Shown piece by piece: positions 9,065 to 18,303 of a stretch of 64,000 bases of DNA (positions within the stretch are counted from its first letter, which is position 1; each line of letters opens with the position of its first letter). The position numbers were made by a program, and so were the translations under genes. A model generated the notes under the pieces. The model saw only the letters and a list, made by a program, of their open reading frames with translations, did not search any database and was not told the DNA's origin. This DNA comes from a virus, in the IMG/VR virus record IMGVR_UViG_2548876926_000005; one strand, written 5' to 3'.

Positions 9065-9840
9065 TGGCGTGGTTCTACGTCGATGACGGGTTCAGCGATT
9101 CGAAGCCAATCATGAACCTGCCCACGACCCCTGTCCGTGTCCCAATGCGGATCGCGGTCGCCGGCGCGTGGGTTCTCGGCGGGTCGTGGTCAGCAAAGGA
9201 AGAACTCGACGGGTTCATCCCGCACTCGAAGCTGAAATCGCTTCTGGTGCCGCGGTCTGTGGTGGCGACCATGGTGGCACCCGGACCCCTCGATGCCCCG
9301 CTGTGCTGCCCAGAAAGTGACGGAATTTTGGTCAGAAATTGGGCAAAATGGCAGCGAACTAAGGCAGAAAACGAGGCCAACCGCAAACGCGAAGCCGAGA
9401 AGAAACGGAACCAAAGACGGCGCGGCCGAAACTTTGTGACCGGCATAGATGACCAAATGTCCCCAGGGGACAACGGCGGGGACACCGCACAACCCGGCGA
9501 AAACGTGTCCCCTGGGGAGTCCCGTGGTCCCACCCCACCCCACCCCTTAGTAGTTACTTCTAGTGGGGATAGTCCGGCAGGAAGCCGCCCGGCCGAGCAC
9601 TGCCCCCAACACCCCGGCGGAACCGAACAGCCCTGCGGCGCCTGCGCTAACGCGCGGCGCAACGCAAACACCTGGGACGCCCAACAGCTCCAAGCTGCCG
9701 CCGACCACCGCGCAGCCAACCTCGCCGCGATCCGCCAATGCCCAGACTGCGACCCCAACGGCCTGCGCTACTCCGACCCGGAAGACCCCGAGTCGCCGCT
9801 CATCCGCTGCACCCACCCCCGATTGGAGAACACCGCATGA
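9064..9840 (+). CDS. Putative replication initiator / DNA-binding protein
   Basis: WFYVDD N-terminus, basic helix, internal palindromic repeats, C-terminal CxxH/CxxC. Confidence 0.65.
   Translation: MAWFYVDDGFSDSKPIMNLPTTPVRVPMRIAVAGAWVLGGSWSAKEELDGFIPHSKLKSLLVPRSVVATMVAPGPLDAPLCCPESDGILVRNWAKWQRTKAENEANRKREAEKKRNQRRRGRNFVTGIDDQMSPGDNGGDTAQPGENVSPGESRGPTPPHPLVVTSSGDSPAGSRPAEHCPQHPGGTEQPCGACANARRNANTWDAQQLQAAADHRAANLAAIRQCPDCDPNGLRYSDPEDPESPLIRCTHPRLENTA
9458..9530. repeat. Palindromic TGTCCCC/GGGGACA repeats, candidate origin iterons
   Basis: TGTCCCCAGGGGACA 9458-9472, GGGGACA 9478-9484, TGTCCCCTGGGGA 9506-9518. Confidence 0.6.
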
Positions 9841-10202
9841 AAACCACCACACCCGCCCAAGCCACCAACGGCACCGGACGATGGGAAGTCCGCATCAAAC
9901 CCAAACCGGACCCCGACCAATGGTCAGCGCGGGTACCGACCGTGGTCGAAGCCTACCTGGCTGATCACACGCGTTTCGTGGTGAAATCGCCGCGCGGAGC
10001 CGAGATATTCACCACCCGAAACCAGTCCGCCGCGATGACCGTCGCACGCAGCCTTGCCAGCGTCGATGAGCTATTGGCCCGCGTAAACCGGCTGGAACAC
10101 ACGGCTTTCGGCCAACACCCCGCGCTGCGTGCACCCATGGTGGCACCGACCCCGCGCCGCCGCGCCGGCGCTCTGCGGATCATTCAGGATCCCCACGCAT
10201 GA
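9837..10202 (+). CDS. Hypothetical phage protein
   Basis: GGAGA RBS, ATGA coupling. Confidence 0.7.
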   Translation: MKTTTPAQATNGTGRWEVRIKPKPDPDQWSARVPTVVEAYLADHTRFVVKSPRGAEIFTTRNQSAAMTVARSLASVDELLARVNRLEHTAFGQHPALRAPMVAPTPRRRAGALRIIQDPHA

Positions 10203-10441
10203 GCCACATACCGCCCGCCCTGACCGCTGTAGCCGACCAGCTGACCGCCGCAGCCGACAAGGTGCTCGACCAGTTCATCGCCGAATTTCAAACGCACCTG
10301 GCCGAACACGACGGTGACCCGCTATGCCCAATCGGTGTGATCGCCATCGGCGCCGAAGCTCAACCACAACAGGATGTCGGGTTCCTGTTCGCCGTCGCCG
10401 TCAAGCGACTGGCCATGCCACGCAAGGAGATTAAGCTATGA
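10199..10441 (+). CDS. Hypothetical phage protein
   Basis: ATGA coupling at both ends. Confidence 0.75.
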   Translation: MSHIPPALTAVADQLTAAADKVLDQFIAEFQTHLAEHDGDPLCPIGVIAIGAEAQPQQDVGFLFAVAVKRLAMPRKEIKL

Positions 10442-11055
10442 CCGGCCCCGAAGCCGTACTCGGCCTAGACCCATCACTCGCGCGCGCTGGAATCGCCGCG
10501 ATCGTCCGCGAAAACCCCGACAGCGTCGCCCGTCCGGGCGTGATCACCCACGTCGGATACTCGCTACGCGAAGGTGTTCCATGGTGGCGGCGCAGCCGAC
10601 GCATCATCGCAGAAGCACGCGAAATCGCCGCCATCATCGGTGAAGTCCACACCGCAACACCCATCGCCCGCGCCGTCATCGAAGGCCCCGCATGGGCATC
10701 GAACCTGCCCAGCAAGTTCGACCGCGACGGCCTCTGGTGGGCACTGTTCTCAATCCTCGACGCGAAACGAATACCCATCACCGTCGTAAACCCCACCACC
10801 CGAGGCAAATTCATCACCGGACGCGCCCCCAACGGCATGAAACCCGGCGAACACAAAAAGCTGGTACTCGCCGAGTCCCAAGCCACATGGTTCGACGACC
10901 AACACCGCATCAAGAACCACGACCAAGCCGACGCACTCGGCCTCGCGCACATGGGCGCCCTGGACCTCGGCTGGCGCCTACCAGTCGACACCCGACGCCG
11001 CCACGTCGAAAACATTGCCCTCGTCGACTGGGAAACCGAATGGCTGGCCTCGTAA
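10438..11055 (+). CDS. RuvC-like Holliday junction resolvase
   Basis: LGLDPSL, AVIEG, HDQADA. Confidence 0.85.
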   Translation: MTGPEAVLGLDPSLARAGIAAIVRENPDSVARPGVITHVGYSLREGVPWWRRSRRIIAEAREIAAIIGEVHTATPIARAVIEGPAWASNLPSKFDRDGLWWALFSILDAKRIPITVVNPTTRGKFITGRAPNGMKPGEHKKLVLAESQATWFDDQHRIKNHDQADALGLAHMGALDLGWRLPVDTRRRHVENIALVDWETEWLAS

Positions 11056-11394
11056 ATGTCCGGCGGCGCGATCTTCCCGAACAAGGGCCGGATCGAACGC
11101 CGGCTCGCCGAAATCGGCGGCGAACTGGACGAAACCTGGAAACTACGCGCCGCGTGCCGAGGGCACCCACGGCCAGACATTTTCTTCCCGCCGCCCGCAC
11201 GGTCCGAAGCCACGATCAAACGGTCGAAATCGGAACTGGCGCGACGCCTGGTCATAGCCGAAGCGAAACGCGTGTGCGGCCACTGCCCAGTCCGCGCCGA
11301 ATGCGGCGACTACGCCGACCAGATCGGCGACTACCACGGCATCTGGGGAGGACAAACCGGCCGCGAACGCGGACGTAAACGCGACGAATTCTGA
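11056..11394 (+). CDS. whiB: WhiB family transcription factor
   Basis: AAC...FFP...AKRVCGHCPVRAEC...GIWGG. Confidence 0.93.
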   Translation: MSGGAIFPNKGRIERRLAEIGGELDETWKLRAACRGHPRPDIFFPPPARSEATIKRSKSELARRLVIAEAKRVCGHCPVRAECGDYADQIGDYHGIWGGQTGRERGRKRDEF

Positions 11395-11437
11395 ACCACC
11401 ACAACCGCAACTCGACCAACCGAAGGACTCACCGAAA

Positions 11438-12115
11438 ATGCCCGACTACCCACCCAACATGACACTTCGACCCATCGAAACATGGCCCCACAGCCTCACC
11501 CGCGACCGCCGCCGCTCGAACTTCTCGGCGCAGTGGAGCGACACCCTCACCCGGCTCGAACGCGAACTCTGGTACCTCGGGAAAGACCAGCAGTATGCCG
11601 CCGCGGTACTGCAAATCGCGATGCGCGAGCAAGACTTCCGAATCACTGATGGCATGCCGCGCGCCAACGCCACAGCACAGCACCCCGGCGTCATCCTGAA
11701 CATCGAATCCCGCCACGGACCGCTGTCGTACCCGTGTGACACGTTCACCCGCTGGCAAGACAACCTGCGTGCCATCGCACTCGGCCTGGAGGCCCTACGC
11801 AAGGTCGAACGCTACGGAATCACCCAAACCGGCCAGCAGTACCGCGGATGGCAGGCCATCGAAGCCAAGGCCACGCCGATCGCGCAGACCCCGGCAGGTG
11901 CCGCCGTCTATCTCGCGAAAGCCGCGCAAGGCAACGACGACAGCGTCTCCGATTGGGCACACCGCATCCTGCACGACCCCGAGACCGCCCGGACCACATA
12001 CCGGAAAGCACGCGCCAACACCCACCCCGACCGGCACGGCGGCAACCGAACAGCCTGGGACGCCGTCGAAGCCGCCGCCGACATCCTCCGCGACGCCGGC
12101 GCCCCCATCGAATAG
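11438..12115 (+). CDS. Phage protein with C-terminal DnaJ J-domain-like region
   Basis: YRKARANTHPDRHGG (HPD motif). Confidence 0.75.
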   Translation: MPDYPPNMTLRPIETWPHSLTRDRRRSNFSAQWSDTLTRLERELWYLGKDQQYAAAVLQIAMREQDFRITDGMPRANATAQHPGVILNIESRHGPLSYPCDTFTRWQDNLRAIALGLEALRKVERYGITQTGQQYRGWQAIEAKATPIAQTPAGAAVYLAKAAQGNDDSVSDWAHRILHDPETARTTYRKARANTHPDRHGGNRTAWDAVEAAADILRDAGAPIE

Positions 12116-12129
12116 GAGACACCGCCACC

Positions 12130-12324
12130 ATGACCACCACCACCATCACGAAACGCGCAACCATCACCTTCTACAAGCCACCGACCGTCACCGAACTAAT
12201 CCAAGAGCTACAGAAGCTCCCGGACGAGTGGCAGGCAGGCACGGTGACCGTCCAACAGTCCGACAGCCAGCGTGACGGCACCACCATCACACTGCACGTC
12301 AACGCCGGAAGCCTGAACCAGTGA
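12130..12324 (+). CDS. Hypothetical phage protein
   Basis: AGGAG RBS. Confidence 0.7.
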   Translation: MTTTTITKRATITFYKPPTVTELIQELQKLPDEWQAGTVTVQQSDSQRDGTTITLHVNAGSLNQ

Positions 12325-12725
12325 CCGCGCCGGAACAGCACCTACGGAACGTCCTGGTGCGGTACATGTCCGACGCGCTCAACGAAGTTGGGGGAGCACT
12401 CATACCCGACGTATTCCGGCGTCCCGCCATCCCGCTACGCGTCCGGACCCGCGGCAGCCTCGACCGATCCGAAATCACCATGCCCGGAATCGAGTTGGCC
12501 GGCGGACCTGACATGGAACCGTTGGCCCGCAACGTCGGCAAGCTAATCCTGAAAATCATGCGCACCGACGAAGTGTTGTGGGTGGCGGTCAACGCACACC
12601 AGGACTTCGGGGGCTGGAGCATCGACTGCGTCCCGCTGGTCGATCACATGAGGTTGTCCACACCAACCGATGAGCAGACGTTGAACGCCAACGGCATCAA
12701 CCCCGAAACCGGGAAACCCCGATGA
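12321..12725 (+). CDS. Hypothetical phage protein
   Basis: GTGA coupling. Confidence 0.7.
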   Translation: MTAPEQHLRNVLVRYMSDALNEVGGALIPDVFRRPAIPLRVRTRGSLDRSEITMPGIELAGGPDMEPLARNVGKLILKIMRTDEVLWVAVNAHQDFGGWSIDCVPLVDHMRLSTPTDEQTLNANGINPETGKPR

Positions 12726-12871
12726 CCGACAACCCGATATGCGTATGCGGACACCGCAGAAGCGACCACGACATCCAAGCCAACCCGAAGTGCCTCCAGC
12801 AGGACGTCGACTGGCCGTGGCGGTGCGACTGTCCCGGATTCGAAGCCGACCCGAAAGCGATCAACCTATGA
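12722..12871 (+). CDS. 49-aa zinc-binding mini-protein (below ORF-track cutoff)
   Basis: MTDNPICVCGHRRSDH...C...CDCPGF; ATGA overlaps at both ends. Confidence 0.7.
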   Translation: MTDNPICVCGHRRSDHDIQANPKCLQQDVDWPWRCDCPGFEADPKAINL

Positions 12872-13044
12872 GCGATATCTCCACACTGCAGGAAGCCGCG
12901 AAAATCCTGAACCGCCACGGTCTCGGCAACGCCGCCGAACTCTGCACGCGCCTCATAGGCAGGTTGGCGGTCGACGAAGCACTCGGCGGCGCAACAGAAC
13001 CCGAACCCGCCCCCGGAAAACGCCTCACCCGAATCACACCATGA
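12868..13044 (+). CDS. Hypothetical phage protein
   Basis: ATGA coupling. Confidence 0.6.
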   Translation: MSDISTLQEAAKILNRHGLGNAAELCTRLIGRLAVDEALGGATEPEPAPGKRLTRITP

Positions 13045-13091
13045 ACGGGCTGCCCGACATCACCGCCCCAACCCCGTTACCGTCACCGACA

Positions 13092-13194
13092 TCTGGTGGG
13101 CGTCAAACCGGGAACCAAAGCGGTGTTTCGCTCGGCAAGCGCGGCCCATGACCCCGTTTATCGGTCGGGTGAGGCCACAGCTGCGCCCACCAGA
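13092..13194 (+). ncRNA. Candidate structured RNA / leader
   Basis: Perfect 11-bp closing stem TCTGGTGGGCG/CGCCCACCAGA with nested hairpins. Confidence 0.45.
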
Positions 13195-13231
13195 ACCAAA
13201 CCACCACAACACCAAAGGAGACACCGCACCA

Positions 13232-14230
13232 ATGACCACCCAACCCGACACCGACGACGTACGCCGCCGTGCGTACCAAGCACTAGCCCCCATCCTCGGC
13301 GCTGTCGCCCTGAACCGCACCCAACCCGATTACGCGCTTGCCCCGGCATTCGACGCGGTCCACAACGCCATCAAGCAGAGTGAGGCAACAGCAGACACCG
13401 TCGACGAACGGCTCGCAGAAGCGCAACAGCGTGTCTACCGCAGCCGAGCGAGATTCGAACGCGCCAAACAGCGACTTGAACGCGACATCCGGCGCCGCGA
13501 CGAACTCTGCCCCGTCGCCCGTGCACACAAAGCCGTGAAGAACATCTACGACGCTGTCCAAACCCTCGCCGAACAGCCCGCGCCAGAACCGACGCCGACA
13601 CTGGACAGCGACCCGCGCTCACCCGCCGACCAGGCACACGAATTCTTCACCCGGCCAGGCGACTTCTATCAAGTAGCCCTGGCTCTGCCAGCGCCCACGA
13701 ACGGCGCAAAACTCGGCGCCGGCTTCATCGTGAAAGCCGACGACACGCAACTCCCGTACCTACTGGAAGTGCTACGCCAACTACGCGGCGCGCTCGGCGA
13801 CGGCACGCGTATCGAACTCACCAAAGCCCAGATCACACCACCAGACGGCCCACCTAAGACGATCGGTGTGGACTACACGCTTGGTGATCGGTTCCCACCG
13901 GCGCCAGCCGGAACCATTGAGAACCACGACGACATGGTCAGCGACATCACGGTCGTAGTCGGTGAGGACATGCGCGCGCCAGTCGAACGCGAGCACCAAA
14001 TGGGCGACCTAGTGGATCAGGTTGACCAAATCGCGGAACAACATGGCGTGAAACCGGAACAAGTGCAGGTGATTCCGGTACGCGGCGGCGGATACGCATT
14101 CACCGTGCAGCGGGAACCTCAACCCGAGCACGGCCGGCACGCACGCCCCGACGACGCTTGGGAGAGCAGCCCCAAACCGCAACACCTCGCCGCCGACGAC
14201 GACCAAGACGACGACCAGGACCGGTCATGA
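13232..14230 (+). CDS. Hypothetical protein with coiled-coil segment
   Basis: AAAGGAG upstream; alternative start at 13148. Confidence 0.75.
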   Translation: MTTQPDTDDVRRRAYQALAPILGAVALNRTQPDYALAPAFDAVHNAIKQSEATADTVDERLAEAQQRVYRSRARFERAKQRLERDIRRRDELCPVARAHKAVKNIYDAVQTLAEQPAPEPTPTLDSDPRSPADQAHEFFTRPGDFYQVALALPAPTNGAKLGAGFIVKADDTQLPYLLEVLRQLRGALGDGTRIELTKAQITPPDGPPKTIGVDYTLGDRFPPAPAGTIENHDDMVSDITVVVGEDMRAPVEREHQMGDLVDQVDQIAEQHGVKPEQVQVIPVRGGGYAFTVQREPQPEHGRHARPDDAWESSPKPQHLAADDDQDDDQDRS

Positions 14231-14688
14231 GCTACTGCCAGAAACACCGCACGCAAATCGATAACGCTACGTGCGAGGCGTATGTCACCGTCGACGCCGG
14301 CACCTTCGAAGGCCGACGCATCAGCGGCTCAGCCACATTCACACCCGTAGCATCAGACGGCAAGTTCATCAAATGGTCTGGGCCCGTGTGTGTCCGAACC
14401 GGCCATGACATCCTCTGGACTCTCGACTGGGATTGGCTGGGGTTTACTGTCGGTTGCGAATGTGGGGACCGGTTCACTGGTGACGACGAGAATGCTGCCC
14501 GCGAAGAACACGCCGCGCATGTAGACCGCGTAACCCAGCACGCGGGCCAAGACCCGGTCCTATATCACGCGCGGAACCCGTACCTGCCTGCGCATTCCAA
14601 GGGGCATAACAGGCTGGATCTGATCGAGATTGACGGGCAGCCGACGCGGTCCCGGCCATGGTGGCGACGACTACTGCGCTGGTGCTGA
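14227..14688 (+). CDS. Hypothetical protein with CxC...H..H motif
   Basis: ATGA coupling. Confidence 0.7.
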   Translation: MSYCQKHRTQIDNATCEAYVTVDAGTFEGRRISGSATFTPVASDGKFIKWSGPVCVRTGHDILWTLDWDWLGFTVGCECGDRFTGDDENAAREEHAAHVDRVTQHAGQDPVLYHARNPYLPAHSKGHNRLDLIEIDGQPTRSRPWWRRLLRWC

Positions 14689-14689
14689 C

Positions 14690-15076
14690 ATGCCGAACCG
14701 CACCCCGAGAACGACCACGCAGAAACGGTTAGGCCATGACCACCAACAGCAACGCGACCGGCTACTCGCGCGCCACGTCGACGGCCAACCCTGCTGGTGG
14801 TGCGGAAAACCCATGTACCGCGACCGCACCCGCAATTGGGACCACAACCCCAAAGCCACACGCCGCGACGGAAAACCCGACACCAGTAGCGGCAGCCTCG
14901 CCGCCGACCACAGCACCAGCCGCTCCCAATCCACCACCAGCCGCGCCGACCGACTCCTGCACGGCATCTGCAACAAACAACGCCAAGGAGGCCACCGTGA
15001 CGACCAACGACCAGCCCTCACCAACCCGCCCGACACAGACCCCGCACTCGGCACACGAATCTTCAACTGGCCCTGA
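14690..15076 (+). CDS. HNH endonuclease (packaging-associated)
   Basis: CWWC...ADH...LLHGICN; lies upstream of the terminase genes. Confidence 0.85.
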   Translation: MPNRTPRTTTQKRLGHDHQQQRDRLLARHVDGQPCWWCGKPMYRDRTRNWDHNPKATRRDGKPDTSSGSLAADHSTSRSQSTTSRADRLLHGICNKQRQGGHRDDQRPALTNPPDTDPALGTRIFNWP

Positions 15077-15307
15077 TCAACTCACAACGGCAGCAACTAC
15101 AGCGTGTACTTCGGCGACGCATTCGAAAACCCTCGACGAAGCACTAGCCGCAGCACAGCAACACCACAAAGCGACCCTGCGTCGCCTGGCGTGGGAGCAG
15201 TACATGCGCGACAACGACCCACCCAACCGGCCGATCGACATCCTGTTGACGCAGTGCGACAAGGCCACAGTCGAAGCCAACATCTCACGACAAGCCTTGG
15301 GGCTGTC

Positions 15308-15577
15308 GTGAGCGATTCTGAATTCGCCGCCTGCGGCGGAACAACCCCGCTCGACCCGAGCGATATGACACCCGACCAGCTATTCGCGACACTCGGACTA
15401 TCCGACATGGACGACCGCGAACGACTCGAATTCGTGCGCTACATGAACGCATGGTCCCGCCACCACCTACCCGGACCCAACCACTGGTGGCGACACGCAC
15501 TCATCTACGCCAACCTCTGGAAACGCACCATCGCCAACCACGTCGACCAACTCATCACCCAAGCACTAGGCCAATGA
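15308..15577 (+). CDS. Hypothetical phage protein
   Basis: GTGA overlap with the preceding short ORF ending at 15311. Confidence 0.55.
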   Translation: MSDSEFAACGGTTPLDPSDMTPDQLFATLGLSDMDDRERLEFVRYMNAWSRHHLPGPNHWWRHALIYANLWKRTIANHVDQLITQALGQ

Positions 15578-15607
15578 GCAGCATCAACCCAACGCGACAG
15601 CGGCCCA

Positions 15608-15635
15608 TGTCACAGCCCGCGAGTAGAACTAGTCC
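15608..15635 (+). promoter_or_regulatory. PafBC/RecA-NDp-like leaderless promoter
   Basis: TGTCAC-N10-TAGAAC-N6-ATG(15636); same layout at 55101. Confidence 0.45.
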
Positions 15636-15917
15636 ATGGCACGCCCGCCACGCGACCGATTCCCCAACGCCTGCGTCGGAGACCTCGTCGAAACCCCGAC
15701 AGGCTGGGCCGTCGTCGCACCCCTCTACTGCCCCAACTGGCACAGCATCGAAGAACCCGGCTGGAAACACAGCACCGACCTCTGTGATTGCGGCACCCGG
15801 CACTACACCTGGACATGTCACTGCGGCGCCACCACCTACGCACCCAAACTCGGACGCAACTGCCAAATCCGCAGCGGATGCGAAGGCGTCATGCCACCCG
15901 ACCACAGCCGCACCTAA
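15636..15917 (+). CDS. Cys/His-rich zinc-binding protein
   Basis: CPNWH...CDC..H...CHC...C. Confidence 0.75.
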   Translation: MARPPRDRFPNACVGDLVETPTGWAVVAPLYCPNWHSIEEPGWKHSTDLCDCGTRHYTWTCHCGATTYAPKLGRNCQIRSGCEGVMPPDHSRT

Positions 15918-15939
15918 CCGTTTGCTACACGACATATCC

Positions 15940-16080
15940 GCAGGTCAAAGACCCGGCGAGGGTAACCAGGAAACAGCCCTGACCTGCACCGACGCCACCC
16001 CCAATTTTCCTAGCAACCCCCCTCCGCCTGACTCCGGAGGTAGTCAGGAATTTTTTTTGGACGGCTCTGAAAATTTCGGG
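15940..16080. other. Candidate cos/genome-end region of prophage 1
   Basis: Non-coding gap upstream of terS; GCAGGTCA/TGACCTGC inverted pair; CCTGACT-N8-AGTCAGG hairpin plus T8; C-rich to G-rich strand switch. Confidence 0.55.
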
Positions 16081-16088
16081 GGTACGGC

Positions 16089-16622
16089 GTGGTGACGGTC
16101 AAGCGGACATCAGGACGGACAGCCAAGCGGCCCGCAAGTGCTGCCGGTGACAGCGAATCGGCTGCTGACCTGGGGCCGGTGAAGGCTACGAGGCGGACAG
16201 CGGCGGGGACCAAACGGACGGCCACGGGCACCGGGCGGGCATCGGCCGGCGCCGAGCCGGGCGCGGGGGAGCGGCTGCGGGCGCAGCTGGAACGTAAGGA
16301 GGATGGGCCCGGTTTGACCGCGTTGATCCGGCAGGCCGCGCGCGTGGCTGATCGTCTTGAAACGCTGGCCGGTATCAATTCGGGTGTCGAATCGTCGTGG
16401 GTGCGTTTGGATCTGCGCGGCATCATCGCGGCTGCTGACGACAATGGCAAGAACCCGGTGACCGTGATTGTCGAAGCGAAGATCGATTCCACGATCGCCG
16501 AAGAGAGACAACAGACCACGTTGTTACGGCATTTGCTCGCTGAGATTCACAAACAGCGCGCGGGATCGATGGGACCGAATGGTGGCGGCGGCGCGGAAGA
16601 CGACGACCTCGACGACATCTAG
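16089..16622 (+). CDS. terS: Terminase small subunit
   Basis: Position before terL; AARVADRL...EERQQ...LL pattern; acidic tail. Confidence 0.8.
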   Translation: MVTVKRTSGRTAKRPASAAGDSESAADLGPVKATRRTAAGTKRTATGTGRASAGAEPGAGERLRAQLERKEDGPGLTALIRQAARVADRLETLAGINSGVESSWVRLDLRGIIAAADDNGKNPVTVIVEAKIDSTIAEERQQTTLLRHLLAEIHKQRAGSMGPNGGGGAEDDDLDDI

Positions 16623-18252
16623 GTCGCCGGCCAAACGCGCGGCCGGGCGGCGACCGAAAGCCGGTGCACCGCCGAACAAACAGGATACGCCGCCATGGGT
16701 TGGTGAGTGGCCGCGACTGACCGGGCGGCAGGAACCCAAGCACGAGCATTCGTTCGCCGGTGATGAAACCGACGGTGACCGTTGCGCGCGGTTCGGGCAC
16801 CGCATCACCAAACAGCGGTCGCTGCCGTGGCAATGGCGCACGATACGCAAGATTTTGAGTCGCCGCCCAGACTATCTATGGACGCATCCGGACGTGGTGC
16901 TGGTCTGCACCCGCCAGCAGGGCAAGACCCTGATTCTGGTGCTGCGCATCCTGTTCGGGCTGTTCATCCTCGGCGAGAACATCGCCTACACCGCGCAGCG
17001 CGGTAACACCTCTGATGCGGTGTACAAACGCGTCAAGGCGATCATCAATTCGCGGCCATCGCTGAAAAACCGTGTGGTCTCGATGACCGGCGGAAAACAG
17101 GGTTTCGGTGAAATCGTTGTCCGGTCGAAACTCGGCACCGAAGTCACGGTGCAGTTCGGTGTTCGATCTGGCGACAAGGGCCGTGGTCTTGATCAGATTG
17201 ACCTGGCGATTTTCGATGAGGCGTACAACCTGACGCAGGACGAGGTTTCGGCGCTGCAGGGTGCACAGGTGGCGTCGGCCAACTCCCAAACGATCTACAC
17301 GTCCACGGCGCCCGTGGAATCCGAGCACCCGAACTGCCATGTGTTCGCGGGTATGCGGCGCCGCGGGCTGAACAAGGACACCGATCTGTTGTTCATCGAG
17401 TTCGCGGCACCGGACCCGCCCAAGGATGCCCTTGAGCGCAAGGCTGCGCGTGAGGACCGCGAGAACTGGCGTCTGGCCGAGCCGTCATACGGGGTGATTT
17501 CGAAAGAGCGCGATATCGAACGGTTCTACAAGACAGCGATCGAGAGCCGCGAGGCATCGAAGGTCGCCCTGTGGGAAGCGGACTATCTGGGCTGGGGCGA
17601 ATGGCCGGCGGACGCCCGGTTCATTGACCCGGTCATCCCAATCAAGGAGGTGTGGGAGCCGTTGGCCAACTATGCGCCCGAACTCGTCGGGCAGAAGGTA
17701 CTGGCGGTGTCCCGTACACGTGATCTGGCTCGATGGGCTATCGCGGTGGGGCAGCGCACGATCGAAGGCCGGGTGCAGATCGAAATCGGCTACTACCAGA
17801 AAGCCACGATCGGGCAGGTCGCCGCGTATGTGGTGCGGCTGGTCGAGTTGTGGGATCCGGCCACGATTGTGATCGACGATCACGACCCGGCGAAACCGCT
17901 GGCGCCGTACCTGAAAAAGCTGGATGTCGATGTCACGTTGACGACGACGGGACAGATCGCGGTGGCGTTCCAGGGGTTCGTAGACGCCGCAATGTCCGGT
18001 GACCTGGGACACACCAACCAGCCGATTCTGACCGAAGGGTTGGAGGTCGCTATGACCCGCGAACTGCCTCGGGGAGACAAGGTTTGGGACGACCGCGAAG
18101 GCTCAATTGCGCAGGTCATCGCCGCAACGATGGCGCACTGGGGTGTTCTGGAATTCGCTGAGGAAGACTCGCCGGCCGCGCTGCCCTCGATGGGCTCCGG
18201 AAATCCCGAAACAACAAGTAGCCACCTGGACGTCTTGGGAGCCGCATTCTAA
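16579..18252 (+). CDS. terL: Terminase large subunit
   Basis: RQQGKT Walker A, LAIFDE Walker B, TSTA coupling motif; start uncertain. Confidence 0.93.
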   Translation: MVAAARKTTTSTTSRSPAKRAAGRRPKAGAPPNKQDTPPWVGEWPRLTGRQEPKHEHSFAGDETDGDRCARFGHRITKQRSLPWQWRTIRKILSRRPDYLWTHPDVVLVCTRQQGKTLILVLRILFGLFILGENIAYTAQRGNTSDAVYKRVKAIINSRPSLKNRVVSMTGGKQGFGEIVVRSKLGTEVTVQFGVRSGDKGRGLDQIDLAIFDEAYNLTQDEVSALQGAQVASANSQTIYTSTAPVESEHPNCHVFAGMRRRGLNKDTDLLFIEFAAPDPPKDALERKAAREDRENWRLAEPSYGVISKERDIERFYKTAIESREASKVALWEADYLGWGEWPADARFIDPVIPIKEVWEPLANYAPELVGQKVLAVSRTRDLARWAIAVGQRTIEGRVQIEIGYYQKATIGQVAAYVVRLVELWDPATIVIDDHDPAKPLAPYLKKLDVDVTLTTTGQIAVAFQGFVDAAMSGDLGHTNQPILTEGLEVAMTRELPRGDKVWDDREGSIAQVIAATMAHWGVLEFAEEDSPAALPSMGSGNPETTSSHLDVLGAAF

Positions 18253-18303
18253 ATCCGCAGGTGCGGCGTTGTGTCGCAGCATGTTCGGATTTGAGGGAGG
18301 CCG

